Shown piece after piece: positions 16,801 through 25,583 of a stretch of 64,000 bases of DNA. Position numbers and translations under genes: made by a program. The notes beneath the pieces are model-generated. The model ran no database searches, was not told the origin of the DNA, and saw nothing but the letters and a program-made list of their open reading frames with translations. This stretch comes from Puniceicoccales bacterium (GTDB taxonomy: Bacteria > Verrucomicrobiota > Verrucomicrobiia > Opitutales > JAIRKQ01): assembly GCA_031266345.1 (NCBI GenBank), contig JAISBD010000007.1, forward strand, positions 4,377 to 68,376, written 5' to 3'. How positions within the stretch are numbered: position 1 is the first letter of the stretch; the number at the start of each line of letters is the position of its first letter.

Positions 16801-19800
16801 AGAATGCTACCATCGATGGCGCTATCAATATGATTAGCAGTTGCAGTGGGTTGAAGAATGTCACCATAAGTGGCCACGAAATTAGTGTCTTTGGCTCATC
16901 CGACGACGTGGGCACCATCACGCTTGGCCTCGGAGGAATTGTAAATCTATGCGAAGCTTGCGCTGCCAGTGGGTTTGACGCTGCCATTGCCGATGTGCAA
17001 AGCAAAATGGTGTACATCGATCCAGCAACGGGGAGAACGTACAGAGGGGCAAATGGCGAAATTGTGCTCGACGCAAGTAATTATCCATGGAAGGGAAGCG
17101 AGATTGGCACTTTAATTTTGGATGGAGCCGATACTTTGTCAATATCCGTACTCGACAATGATGGCACATACGAGCCTGGGTCGGGGATAAATGTTCTTGG
17201 AAATGCTTCAAATCACGGCAGATTTGTGGCCAATGCTGGAACAATCACTCTCTTGGATAGCGGAGGAGAGGTATTGAACTTGCAGGACGCAAGCGATGTC
17301 GACATCACCATTGTAAATGCACTGGGAGCGGGTGATGACCCTAATTTACTCGAGGAAATGATTAGCCTGGAAGGTCCTAGAATTGGCGATTATAGGTATC
17401 CACTGTTTTTGACACTATCCAATGAAGTAGCAGATAGTAATACCACTTTGGTGCTAGATTATACCGCCAATGCTTTGAAAGTGAAGAGCGAAGTTGCCGA
17501 TCCCGGGCTGGCTCTTGGGGGCAAGAGCACATTGTATTGCGTCGCCAATGCGGATGCGAAAATAACTTTCGTTGACCAACCGGGAGCTTTGAAAAACATT
17601 GTAACGGGCGAATACGATGGTGACTCACGCTATGAAGCTAGCGATGGTTGCATGATTGCGGCGAGGGTGAGTGGCACTGCCATAGATATTGCCGCAGGTG
17701 GCGGTGCAGCGGTGGTTCTTGATTTTCAAAATGATCCCGCCGTAAGGACGGCAATTGCAGACCCTGAGGCAGAGGATGGATACATTCAGGCACACATTTA
17801 TGCGTACAGTGTGGATGGCGATGCCGTTGGCCTAAGCCTTGACGATGGGGTGAATTTAAATATCGCCCCCGCGAAAGAAGAAGCCGATGCCTGCTACCGC
17901 CCCACTATAGCGGCTTACAAAAAGGGGAATGACAGCGGTGCTGCGGTGGTAATTAGAACTTCAAGGAGAAATGTCGGCAGTGGAATAGAATCCACCATCC
18001 CCATGCTACTTCACGCATCATCATCAGGGTCTGATCACTACCCTTCTTCTAACTCCGTGGCGGCCGTACTCGGTGCGGCAAGCGGAAATAAATGGGCCAC
18101 AGTGGGCGGGACGAACAATTGGGCTCTGGGAGATAGCAATACCCTAGGTGCGTCATCATCTTCTTCTTCCAATTCTTCCAATTCCGTGGCAACGGTACTC
18201 GGTGCGGCAAGCGGAAATGAAGGGGCCACAGTGGGCGGGACGAACAATTGGGCTCTGGGGGATAGCAATACCCTAGGTGCGTCATCTTCTTCTTCTTCCA
18301 ATTCTTCCAATTCCGTGGCAACGGTACTCGGTGCGGCTTGCGGACAGGGCGCTGCCACAGTGAACGGGGAAAACAGCTGGAATTTGGGGGACGACAATAG
18401 CCTAAGCGTTGTGTCAACATCATCAAAATCCAATTCCGCAGCAACGGTATTCGGTGCGGCAAATGGAGAGCAAGTGAATGCATGGGATAGGGAGCAATTT
18501 AAGACTACAGTAAGCGGGACAAATTTTTGGACCTTGGGGAACGGCAATACCCTGAGCGCTGTGTCAACATCATTAGGGTCTGATAACTACTCTTCTTCCA
18601 ATTCCGCGGCGGCAGTATTCGGTGCGGCAAACGGAGGGGAAAGGGGACAGCAAAGTACCATAATGATCGGGACAAATGTTTGGACCTTGGGGGATGGCAA
18701 TATCCTGAATGCTGCGTCATCATCATCATCACTATCACAATCATCTGATCACCATTATATTACTTCTTCTTCCGCGGCGGTGGTATTCGGTGCGACGAGC
18801 GGATGGGGCACTGCCACGGTGAACGGGACGAATACTTGGACCCTGGGAAGCGGTAATATCCTGAACGCTGCGTCATCTTCTTCTTCTTCCAAGTCTTCCA
18901 ATTCCGCGGCGGCAGTATTCGGTGTGGCTAGTGGAAATGACAGTGTCGCAATGGAGGAAAAAAACAGCTGGACATTGGGAGATGGCAATATCCTGAATGC
19001 TGTGTCATCATCACAATCATCTGATTATCAGCATGTTCCCAATTCCGCGGCGGCAGTATTCGGTGCGGCAAGCGGAGGGGAAAGGGGACAGCAAAGTACC
19101 ATGATGATCGGGACAAATGTTTGGACATTGGGGGACGGCAATATTCTGAATGCTGCGTCATCATCACTATCACTATCACAATCATCTGATCACTATTATA
19201 TTACTTCTTCTTCCGCGGCAGTGGTATTCGGTGCGGCTTGCGGAGGGGACAATGCCGTAATGAACGGGGAAGACATCTGGACATTGGGGAAAGATAGTGT
19301 TTTAAGTGCTTATTCCACTTCCAGCTCTCTTAGTACTTCTTCTTCTGCGGTGGCAATATTCGGTGTGGCAAATGGAGGATACTTTACCCTCAGCATGGCA
19401 AGCGGCATAGCAGTGAATACAAACGGTAGTCAAACATTGGGCGCTCTGGCGTACAATACGGATGGCGACATCTCCTATGGTAAAATAAACGCCTTCGGTG
19501 CGGATAACACGGATATGCACGATACTTATACGTCGGATGATTACGATTGTGGAATACTTGAGGAGGAGGAGGAGGAAAATCCGGACAACACTGATGAAAC
19601 AAGTAAGGGTAAAGAAACAACTATGAGTAGAAATTTGATCGGCACTGCGATCCCCGGCAATCACTTTGGTTGGCGAGTGGGAATATTTGCCGCAGGAGAG
19701 AGTATTGTGGAAGGTGAAGAGCCTGAGCAGAAAACCATCGCCTCCGCCGTGGAGACGGACTCCACCGTAAACATCTTCACCGCAAAGCTGGGAAAGACGA

Positions 19801-22229
19801 TAAATTTTGGAACAGACGAAGCCGTGATTACCCTTGGAGCTAACCAGGGATTCATTCCGGACCAACCCATTGTAATAACTTCCGAGGGTATGGAAAAGTA
19901 CATAGGAGAGCACTGGGAGGACGGATGGAAGAGTGGAGATGACGGAGAACGTGTGCTGGAAATAATGGGACAATTCTTCTATGAAAAATTGGAGGCCTGT
20001 GGGTTATCAGAGGTCAATATGTCATCACTGTTTCTGAACCGGGAGGCAATTCTTGCGTCAATTGCAGAACTTATAGAAAATGGCAGCACAGCTATCGCAA
20101 AGGACCCATTCCCCGCCCGCGCATTTGCCCTGGGTAACGACTTCAAGATCCACGTCGGCGGCAGGGTGAATGAGGCACAAGCTCCCTATCAGAGGGGACC
20201 AAATTACGGCTTCGTACCAGTGGCTCCGAAAACGGGAACATCGAACACGGTGAACATCTTCGGCGCAATCAGCAAGGGAAGGAATTCCAGCGGCACGGCC
20301 GGTAGCAGCCTGACCATCGATAGCGGCTGGACCGTTAACGCCTACGGCCCCGTGGGAGACCTCGCTTCCATCGACGTCAAAAATGGCACACTCAATACCT
20401 ATGGCAATCTCAAAAATATCGCCATTGATGGCGGTATCGTCAATGCCTATGGCACTTCCAACGGCATCGGCACATTGCGCCTCAGAAATGGCGTGCTCAA
20501 TTTGGCCCAGTGCGATGATAATGGTGCGGAAAATGCCCTTGATCAGATCGCTGAAAACCTATCGATCACCGATCCAGAAACAGGGGTGACCTATGGAAAG
20601 TCGAAAAAAGATGGGGATGAAAGCCCGAAGAGAACGGTGGTCATCGATGGTGCGGCTAAAGCGACCTATTTAGCAAATTTTGGCACAGCCGGTAAATTAG
20701 TCCTCAACGACGGCGATGTGTTGGAGTTTCACTTCGATTCGAGACAAAAAGCCCACGATGTGGTGTCCACCGGCGATGGGTTCGAGCTCGCCAAGGGATA
20801 TATCACCGTGGAAAGCCACGGCAGCCCCCCCATTGATCTCCAAGGCGGCACTTTCAAGTTTGTCGACGATGCCACCGGGAAAGAAGGTGTCCCCTCAACC
20901 GCCGATATCCTCCTCATTCGCTGCTCGGATGAGGAGCCAAATGCTGCGATTAGTCTTAATTCAGACAAATTTAACTTTGCACTTGCTTCCCTTGAAACTA
21001 TGGGGGAATCTGTGCTCCCGGAAATGGAAGAAGCGCCGGAAGGAAAGGAAAAGAGAAGCTTGCGGGGCTTGGAGAGGGAAAGCATGCTGTGGGATTTGGA
21101 AAGCATCGGCGAACAACCTTCCCTCTACGAAATCGACAAAGTCGCCACAAATCTGGGCTTGTGCTACTACGGCGGCACCGGTTTGGTGCTCTGCAGCGAA
21201 GATGAATTCCCGAGGGTCGTGAGGCAGCTCAGCTCGAGGCCATCGGAATTCGCCCAATCCCACGCCAATGGCGAACTGGCCACCAGCACCACGGCAAGCA
21301 CACTCATGGTGCAAGACGCGATAGCAACGCGATTTACCGACGTCAAAGGCAATGGCAATGACCCGTTCCTGCTCGCCGTCGCCGGCCATGCCCACCAGGG
21401 CGAAATCGGCGGGTTTGGCTACGGCAGTGACCTGTATGGCCTCACCGGCGGCGCCGATTATCTCTGCAACTTGCAGGGCGGGCGCTATCTTCGTCTGGGG
21501 ACGGCGCTGGGCTACATCAGGGGCGACACGAAATTCAACGGGGCGGCCTCCGGCCTGAAAAAAACCGCCAGGCAAAACATGTACTCCCTCGCCCTATTCG
21601 GCGCCTACGAGGCCTTCGATCTCCAAAATTTGAAGACCAATGTTAATTTTTACACCGGTCTGGGATATGGCTCCAACAGGCTATTCAGGATGGACGCCAA
21701 CAGTCATGCCTTCGGCGCTAAGTTGAAGTCCAACAACGCTTTCTTCTCCCTCGAAGTGATCAAAAATTTGTACGCTTGGCAGGGCACCCAGTTCGGCCTA
21801 TGGCTGAAGGCGGACTACAATCACATCAAGCAAAAGGGCTATTCCGAGACATCCCCCAACGGCGGCACCGAGTGCGACCACGTGTCCAGGATGGACTTTA
21901 ATTTTCTGACCACCGTCCTCGGCATCAATGTCGAAAAGGAGATCAACCATCCTTCCCGGCCTGACCGCCGGCTGCGCCTGTACGCGAAGGCTGGTTGGAG
22001 CTGCCAAGCCGTCAGGGAGCATTCCAAGGGCGTGGCCTGGATAGAGGGGCTGCAATCGGGCAACTTCACACCAACGCTGGGTTTCCCCTCCCGCCATGGA
22101 GCGGTGTTCGTCGCCGGATTCCGCAACAAATTGAATGCCCATTGGGACATCATCGGCCAGTGGAACGCCTACTTCAGCGAGGATCAATCCAACAACATTT
22201 TCTCCCTCGGCGCCGGGTATAACTTCTAA
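13854..22229 (+). CDS. Giant autotransporter adhesin-like protein (Pmp-like repeats; type Va). It has an extended signal peptide, two tandem passenger modules and a C-terminal beta-barrel.
   Basis: 2791 aa. N-terminal extended signal region ...AAVAAICFAALGFAPELRA/DP. 11 + 10 repeats of the type [S-rich]-AAAIFGAASGNGTATVDGENSWTLGDGNTLNATV. The last ~300 aa form a classical autotransporter barrel (alternating aromatic strands, ending ...NIFSLGAGYNF). Confidence 0.9.
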   Translation: MKKYFSFFGDLISGVKKTFNGLVGGAKKVFGSLKGGNRMAANMVFNGLKVVNRAAVAAICFAALGFAPELRADPGEDGSSIGVLTSAKTWDTDDHNGYIFTGDDSISGEGTAVNITAGEAFKIFTINFQNDPSVKTDIAGPEVKDEYIQAHIYAHNTDGDSDAVGLSLGDGVNLTITAAEKEADACYRPTIAAYKSGSSSGAAVIIRAPEASVGNEINVAVPVIFHATFAPTVAVLSELSAPSPSNSAAAIFGAASGNDTATVGGINNWTLEDGNTLNATLTSDTAAPTLVSTDSYYSYYSCSNSAAAIFGAASGNGTATVDGENSLALGNGNTLNATVILDTTVLASASINSYANLHPYFAAAIFGAASGNGTATVDGENSWRLGDNNILNATVISDARALAVSNSYYSYYSSPYFAAAVFGAASGYGTATVNGTNTWALGNGNNLNATVADFSYSSLYFAAVIFGAANGNGTATVDGTNTWTLGSDNNLSTPSPFSSPDSYPNSAVAIFGAASENGNATVNGENSWTLGGDNTLNATAATNSNSVAVIFGAASGGYSSAAAVEGTNNWTLGNGNNLSAPSPSSSPYSSSAAAIFGAASRNGTALVNGTNSWILGDNNILCVTASSSSATAIFGAASGGYSSTATVNGANSWTLGGSNILNATAVNSSPDSSSAAVIFGAASRDGTAAVEGENSWTLGDDNTLNATVAANSNSAAVIFGAASGSYSNTALARSVAINTNGSQTLSALAYASSAVDARVNAFGAANTDVRAYTAAEAEAAAAGYGAAEGDSAAEGDSAAESYGAAEGDPVPGAFGWRVGIFATGEDILEGGESEQKAIAAAVETDSTVNILAAKLGKAVDLTTDPSKAIVTLGASQGISSGDYAHAFALGNDFKIYIGGRVDPNKDKTSAEDDYGFVSVAPKEGTTNTVNIFGAISRGTHSSGTNGFNLAIDNGWVVNVYGPMEDFASIDVKNGTFNFYGRLENATIDGAINMISSCSGLKNVTISGHEISVFGSSDDVGTITLGLGGIVNLCEACAASGFDAAIADVQSKMVYIDPATGRTYRGANGEIVLDASNYPWKGSEIGTLILDGADTLSISVLDNDGTYEPGSGINVLGNASNHGRFVANAGTITLLDSGGEVLNLQDASDVDITIVNALGAGDDPNLLEEMISLEGPRIGDYRYPLFLTLSNEVADSNTTLVLDYTANALKVKSEVADPGLALGGKSTLYCVANADAKITFVDQPGALKNIVTGEYDGDSRYEASDGCMIAARVSGTAIDIAAGGGAAVVLDFQNDPAVRTAIADPEAEDGYIQAHIYAYSVDGDAVGLSLDDGVNLNIAPAKEEADACYRPTIAAYKKGNDSGAAVVIRTSRRNVGSGIESTIPMLLHASSSGSDHYPSSNSVAAVLGAASGNKWATVGGTNNWALGDSNTLGASSSSSSNSSNSVATVLGAASGNEGATVGGTNNWALGDSNTLGASSSSSSNSSNSVATVLGAACGQGAATVNGENSWNLGDDNSLSVVSTSSKSNSAATVFGAANGEQVNAWDREQFKTTVSGTNFWTLGNGNTLSAVSTSLGSDNYSSSNSAAAVFGAANGGERGQQSTIMIGTNVWTLGDGNILNAASSSSSLSQSSDHHYITSSSAAVVFGATSGWGTATVNGTNTWTLGSGNILNAASSSSSSKSSNSAAAVFGVASGNDSVAMEEKNSWTLGDGNILNAVSSSQSSDYQHVPNSAAAVFGAASGGERGQQSTMMIGTNVWTLGDGNILNAASSSLSLSQSSDHYYITSSSAAVVFGAACGGDNAVMNGEDIWTLGKDSVLSAYSTSSSLSTSSSAVAIFGVANGGYFTLSMASGIAVNTNGSQTLGALAYNTDGDISYGKINAFGADNTDMHDTYTSDDYDCGILEEEEEENPDNTDETSKGKETTMSRNLIGTAIPGNHFGWRVGIFAAGESIVEGEEPEQKTIASAVETDSTVNIFTAKLGKTINFGTDEAVITLGANQGFIPDQPIVITSEGMEKYIGEHWEDGWKSGDDGERVLEIMGQFFYEKLEACGLSEVNMSSLFLNREAILASIAELIENGSTAIAKDPFPARAFALGNDFKIHVGGRVNEAQAPYQRGPNYGFVPVAPKTGTSNTVNIFGAISKGRNSSGTAGSSLTIDSGWTVNAYGPVGDLASIDVKNGTLNTYGNLKNIAIDGGIVNAYGTSNGIGTLRLRNGVLNLAQCDDNGAENALDQIAENLSITDPETGVTYGKSKKDGDESPKRTVVIDGAAKATYLANFGTAGKLVLNDGDVLEFHFDSRQKAHDVVSTGDGFELAKGYITVESHGSPPIDLQGGTFKFVDDATGKEGVPSTADILLIRCSDEEPNAAISLNSDKFNFALASLETMGESVLPEMEEAPEGKEKRSLRGLERESMLWDLESIGEQPSLYEIDKVATNLGLCYYGGTGLVLCSEDEFPRVVRQLSSRPSEFAQSHANGELATSTTASTLMVQDAIATRFTDVKGNGNDPFLLAVAGHAHQGEIGGFGYGSDLYGLTGGADYLCNLQGGRYLRLGTALGYIRGDTKFNGAASGLKKTARQNMYSLALFGAYEAFDLQNLKTNVNFYTGLGYGSNRLFRMDANSHAFGAKLKSNNAFFSLEVIKNLYAWQGTQFGLWLKADYNHIKQKGYSETSPNGGTECDHVSRMDFNFLTTVLGINVEKEINHPSRPDRRLRLYAKAGWSCQAVREHSKGVAWIEGLQSGNFTPTLGFPSRHGAVFVAGFRNKLNAHWDIIGQWNAYFSEDQSNNIFSLGAGYNF
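14580..16050 (+). repeat. Passenger repeat array A (11 FGAAS-type units, ~120-150 bp each)
   Basis: Units read directly from the translation: AAAIFGAASGN[DG]TATV[GD]G.N.W.L.[DG].N.LNAT.., separated by Ser/Tyr/Pro-rich linkers. Confidence 0.9.
18040..19400 (+). repeat. Passenger repeat array B (10 units, poly-Ser linkers, includes near-identical DNA copies)
   Basis: SSSSSSNSSNSVATVLGAASGNEGATVGGTNNWALGDSNTLGA occurs twice in tandem, near-identically at DNA level (~18060-18300). A second ~120-bp block (AAAVFGAA.GGERGQQST.MIGTNVWTLGDGNILNAASSS) recurs at ~18605 and ~19045. Confidence 0.9.
21290..22229 (+). other. Autotransporter beta-barrel translocator domain of the giant protein
   Basis: ...GGADYLCNLQGGRYLRLGTALGYIRGDTKF..., YSLALFGAYEAF, NVNFYTGLGYGSNR, FGLWLKADYNH, terminal GAGYNF (C-terminal Phe). 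Confidence 0.85.
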
Positions 22230-22441
22230 ATTCCCCGCCCACCGTGGTATTACAATCTCCGCTCGCCGAACTGCCTGGGATCGAAAGCCGAATCACCCGG
22301 GACTGCAATTTTTACCAAATGTTGCAGCCCCAGCCAGGGCCCTGATTTCTGAAAAGGACACGCCAAGTGATTTAAATCAAAAATCTCCCAGTTATATAAT
22401 GGGCTGGTATTCTGTTTGGGAACTGTTTCATTGTGAATAGC

Positions 22442-23173
22442 ATGGCTGAGATTGAAGTTATCCCATATGACCCCCGCTGGCCTGAGATGTTTGAGTTCGC
22501 TAAGAAAGCGATAGAAAATTCTCTCGGAGATAATCTCATTGAGATCCACCACATCGGATCAACATCAGTTCCAAAGCTCGCAGCTAAGCCTAAAATAGAT
22601 ATCATTGCAGTGGCAAATAGCAGGAACAGGGCAATAGCAGATCTCGAAAAAATAGGGTACATGTGCAAAGGGGAGTGGAATGTTCCTTTGAAGTGCGGCT
22701 TTACGAAAAAGGAAAATATTGGCGTGAATCTGCATCTATTCTTTGAGTCAAACCATCCTGAAATTGAGTTGAACCTCATGTTTAGAGATTATCTGAGAAC
22801 CCATCCGGATGTGCGCAATGAATATGCCGCCGTTAAAAGACAAATACTAAAAGACAAACGTTCACATGAGAAAATTAATGGTTTCCCATTATATACAATA
22901 AAAAAAAGAGAATTTATTGATAGCGTTATAAGGACTATGGGGTACAATAGGCTGAGAATTTTAAAATGTATCACTGAAAAGGAAGGTAATTTCATAAAGG
23001 ATTTTCAAAGTGATCACGGGTATTTTATATTGTACAAAGGAGCGGATATCATCGGGTACACATCTGTATTTAATGGGGAAATATGCGAATGTCACGCCCC
23101 TGATGGGGAGAGTTTTGAATATCTGCTGAGTACGATGGAGAAATGGATAGGGATTAATTTTTCTTGCAGCTAG
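22442..23173 (+). CDS. GrpB-family protein (nucleotidyltransferase-like) with an extra ~70-aa C-terminal tail
   Basis: MAEIEVIPYDPRWPEMFEFAKKAIENSLGDNLIEIHHIGSTSVPKLAAKPKIDIIAV...NLHLF......FRDYLRTHPDVRNEYAAVK is the GrpB signature. The gene looks more AT-rich, with AGA/ATA codons, than its neighbours. Confidence 0.8.
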   Translation: MAEIEVIPYDPRWPEMFEFAKKAIENSLGDNLIEIHHIGSTSVPKLAAKPKIDIIAVANSRNRAIADLEKIGYMCKGEWNVPLKCGFTKKENIGVNLHLFFESNHPEIELNLMFRDYLRTHPDVRNEYAAVKRQILKDKRSHEKINGFPLYTIKKREFIDSVIRTMGYNRLRILKCITEKEGNFIKDFQSDHGYFILYKGADIIGYTSVFNGEICECHAPDGESFEYLLSTMEKWIGINFSCS

Positions 23174-23350
23174 CCCATCGCCAGGGTCAGATCTTATGAA
23201 AAAACTAATCTTCGAATCTGCAACACACCAGCCACGTCTTCCGCAATTAATAAAGCAGGGCAATCTAGTTCACCATTCGGCATTTTTACATGGACATTGC
23301 AGCGCCCATCCCCTCATTTTTTACCTCCCCTAGCTTGTGAGCCCTAGTTC

Positions 23351-24655
23351 CTAGGGATTTCCACCGTCGGGCTCTGCGTCAGCCTCTTTTATGCGTTCAA
23401 TGCTAGCTCCCAGGCTGCGTAGCTTTCCCTCAAAATGCTCGTACCCGCGGTCAAGGTGATAAATTCTTTGGATCAAGGTTTCATTTTTTGCGCACAGGCC
23501 GGCTAAATATAGCGCCGCGCTCGCCCTTAGGTCTGAAGCCATCAGCTGGGCCCCCGCTAGTTGCCGTGAACTGGAACCGTGTATGATGGCATGCGATTCT
23601 TCGAGCATGATATTCGCTCCCATGCGATTTAATTCGGGCACATGCATAAATCGGCTCGGATAAATGCGCTCACTCACGATAGATATGCCATCGATGCAGC
23701 TTAGCAGCGCACAAAATTGTGCCTGCAGATCGGTGGGAAATCCGGGATAGGGCAGCGTAATTACTTCCGTTGGGCGCAGATCTTGTTTTGTGCCATCAAC
23801 CAGGATCGTGCCGTCGTCTAATTCCCTCACACTGGCACCAATTTCTTCGAATTTATCATAGACAGCGCTGCTAATATTTGGTGTGTTGCCGCGTATGGCT
23901 ATGCGTCCGCGGGTCATTAAAGCGGCGCAAATAAATGTTCCCGCTTCTATGCGATCGCCGATAATGCGATGCCGACACCCATGTAGCTTGCACCCACCTT
24001 CAACGGTGAGCGTATTCGTACCTATGCCAGTGATTAGCGCCCCTTGCTTGCGCAAAAATAGGCAAAGATCCGTAATTTCAGGCTCACAGGCGGCGCTCTC
24101 GATAATGGTTGTGCCGCTGGCCCCCAGCGCCGCCATAAGCACATTGGCGGTGCCGGTCACGGTGCTCCCATAGCGCCCACCTAGGAATATGCGGGTTCCA
24201 ACCATGCGCTCACCGTTCACTTCTAAATATCCATTGTGCATAGCAACTGCACAGCCAAGTTTTTTAAATCCTTTGATGTGCAAGTCTATGGGACGCTGGC
24301 CAATGACGCACCCACCGGGCAAAGAAACGGTGGAATGGCCCGTGCGACCGAGAAACGCTCCCATCAGGCACACCGATGCCCGCATCTTTTTGACGGCCTC
24401 ATAGGAGGCACGGGACGTAACATCCTCGGCACACACCTTGAGCGTGTGCGTATCCATGTACTCCACACTCGCACCTACATTGCGTAAAATGCTTATCATC
24501 AAGCGAATATCGCTTAAATTCGGAATATTCTCCAGGATACACGGCTCGTCGGTTAGTAAACAAGCCGCCAATATGGGCAAAGCGGCATTCTTAGCCCCAC
24601 TGACACTCACCTCACCACATAACTCCCGCCCACCAAAAATGCGCGCAATTTCCAC
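23351..24655 (-). CDS. murA: UDP-N-acetylglucosamine 1-carboxyvinyltransferase MurA
   Basis: 434 aa. SVSGAKNAALPILAA, LPGGCVIGQRPIDLHIKG (active-site Cys retained) and HLDRGYEHFEGKLRSLGA. Confidence 0.95.
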   Translation of the reverse strand: MEIARIFGGRELCGEVSVSGAKNAALPILAACLLTDEPCILENIPNLSDIRLMISILRNVGASVEYMDTHTLKVCAEDVTSRASYEAVKKMRASVCLMGAFLGRTGHSTVSLPGGCVIGQRPIDLHIKGFKKLGCAVAMHNGYLEVNGERMVGTRIFLGGRYGSTVTGTANVLMAALGASGTTIIESAACEPEITDLCLFLRKQGALITGIGTNTLTVEGGCKLHGCRHRIIGDRIEAGTFICAALMTRGRIAIRGNTPNISSAVYDKFEEIGASVRELDDGTILVDGTKQDLRPTEVITLPYPGFPTDLQAQFCALLSCIDGISIVSERIYPSRFMHVPELNRMGANIMLEESHAIIHGSSSRQLAGAQLMASDLRASAALYLAGLCAKNETLIQRIYHLDRGYEHFEGKLRSLGASIERIKEADAEPDGGNP

Positions 24656-24663
24656 GGTGATAA

Positions 24664-25248
24664 CTACTTGACCTGACGGCTGTTAGAACGGGGACTGCTC
24701 TTGCGCTGGCTGTGGGCACGGCGGCGATACTGGGAGGGCTTTGGTTCGCATTTTTCGCACTTCTTGCCCAGTCCAAATATGCCCAAGAGTTTCTTAAAAA
24801 ACTTGCACACTATCCCGCACTTACACTCACATTCGCAAGGCTCCTGCTTTGGCGGATATTTGTCCTTTGCACCCTTCGTGCCCGCAGACCTTTCCCCACG
24901 TTTTTTACAGCTACAAGCACCCCCGCTGCCATCGCTTTTATTGTTACTATTCATATTTTTTTCAACTATGGTTGTGGATTTTTGCACGTCTTTGCGCGTT
25001 CCAATCGCGTCGTTGCGCACATCGTCAATGGACACAGATTGCTTGTTTGCTTTCTTTTGCACTACTGTCGCGGGCATGCGGCCACGCTTCAATGCACAGC
25101 GAGAACGCTCTTCTTCGCTCATGTTAGCACTCACCATGCCGCCATCGGATAAGCTGTCACGCTCATCCTCCCCAGTGTCCGTTTGCGCTTCCACAAAAAC
25201 TTCATCGGCAACCACAGTTGCATCATTTTCTTCCTCAAATTCAGGCAT
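24664..25248 (-). CDS. Hypothetical protein, acidic N-terminal half and Cys-rich/basic C-terminal half
   Basis: 194 aa. MPEFEEENDATVVADEVFVEAQTDTGEDERD... then ...GGACSCKKRG...PCECECKCGIVCKFFKKLLGIFGLGKKCEKCEPKPSQYRRRAHSQRKSSPRSNSRQVK. Ends 8 nt before the murA start, same strand. Confidence 0.55.
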   Translation of the reverse strand: MPEFEEENDATVVADEVFVEAQTDTGEDERDSLSDGGMVSANMSEEERSRCALKRGRMPATVVQKKANKQSVSIDDVRNDAIGTRKDVQKSTTIVEKNMNSNNKSDGSGGACSCKKRGERSAGTKGAKDKYPPKQEPCECECKCGIVCKFFKKLLGIFGLGKKCEKCEPKPSQYRRRAHSQRKSSPRSNSRQVK

Positions 25249-25556
25249 AATAAATTTAAATTACAGTTATAAAAAACTGGCGAAATAAAACTTTCCCAAC
25301 CAGCTTCCCCATATTATAGTACTTAAATTTCGCATTTGTCTAGAAAAATATGCAACTATCTTGCGTAATATTTTAGCCACACGGTTTAGTTGCCTTATTA
25401 TCAAAAACTTATAACAGCCAGCAGCTGTCTATGGGCAGGGCCTAGCACCCGTACAGCCGCAAATAGGAAAAAGGGGAGTAGGCATTTGGAATAAAAGGGT
25501 TGCGGGAGAGAACCGTGGAAAATTTCCTCAAGGCGGAAAAAAGGAGGGGAATCATA

Positions 25557-25583
25557 GAAAAAGAAAAGAAAAGAAAAGAAAAG
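25557..25583. repeat. Pentanucleotide microsatellite (GAAAA)n, ~5 units
   Basis: gaaaaa gaaaa gaaaa gaaaa gaaaa g, read directly. It is intergenic, ~310 nt upstream of the Cys-rich gene start (minus strand) and ~60 nt downstream of the preceding gene. Confidence 0.9.

Noticed and set aside
24701-25288. 195-aa plus-strand ORF, with 24712..25152 and 24849..25127, opposite the Cys-rich gene
   Set aside because: This is a less plausible alternative. The minus-strand frame abuts murA on the same strand and has a coherent acidic/basic bipartite composition. I still rate that gene only 0.55, because neither frame has a recognised family.
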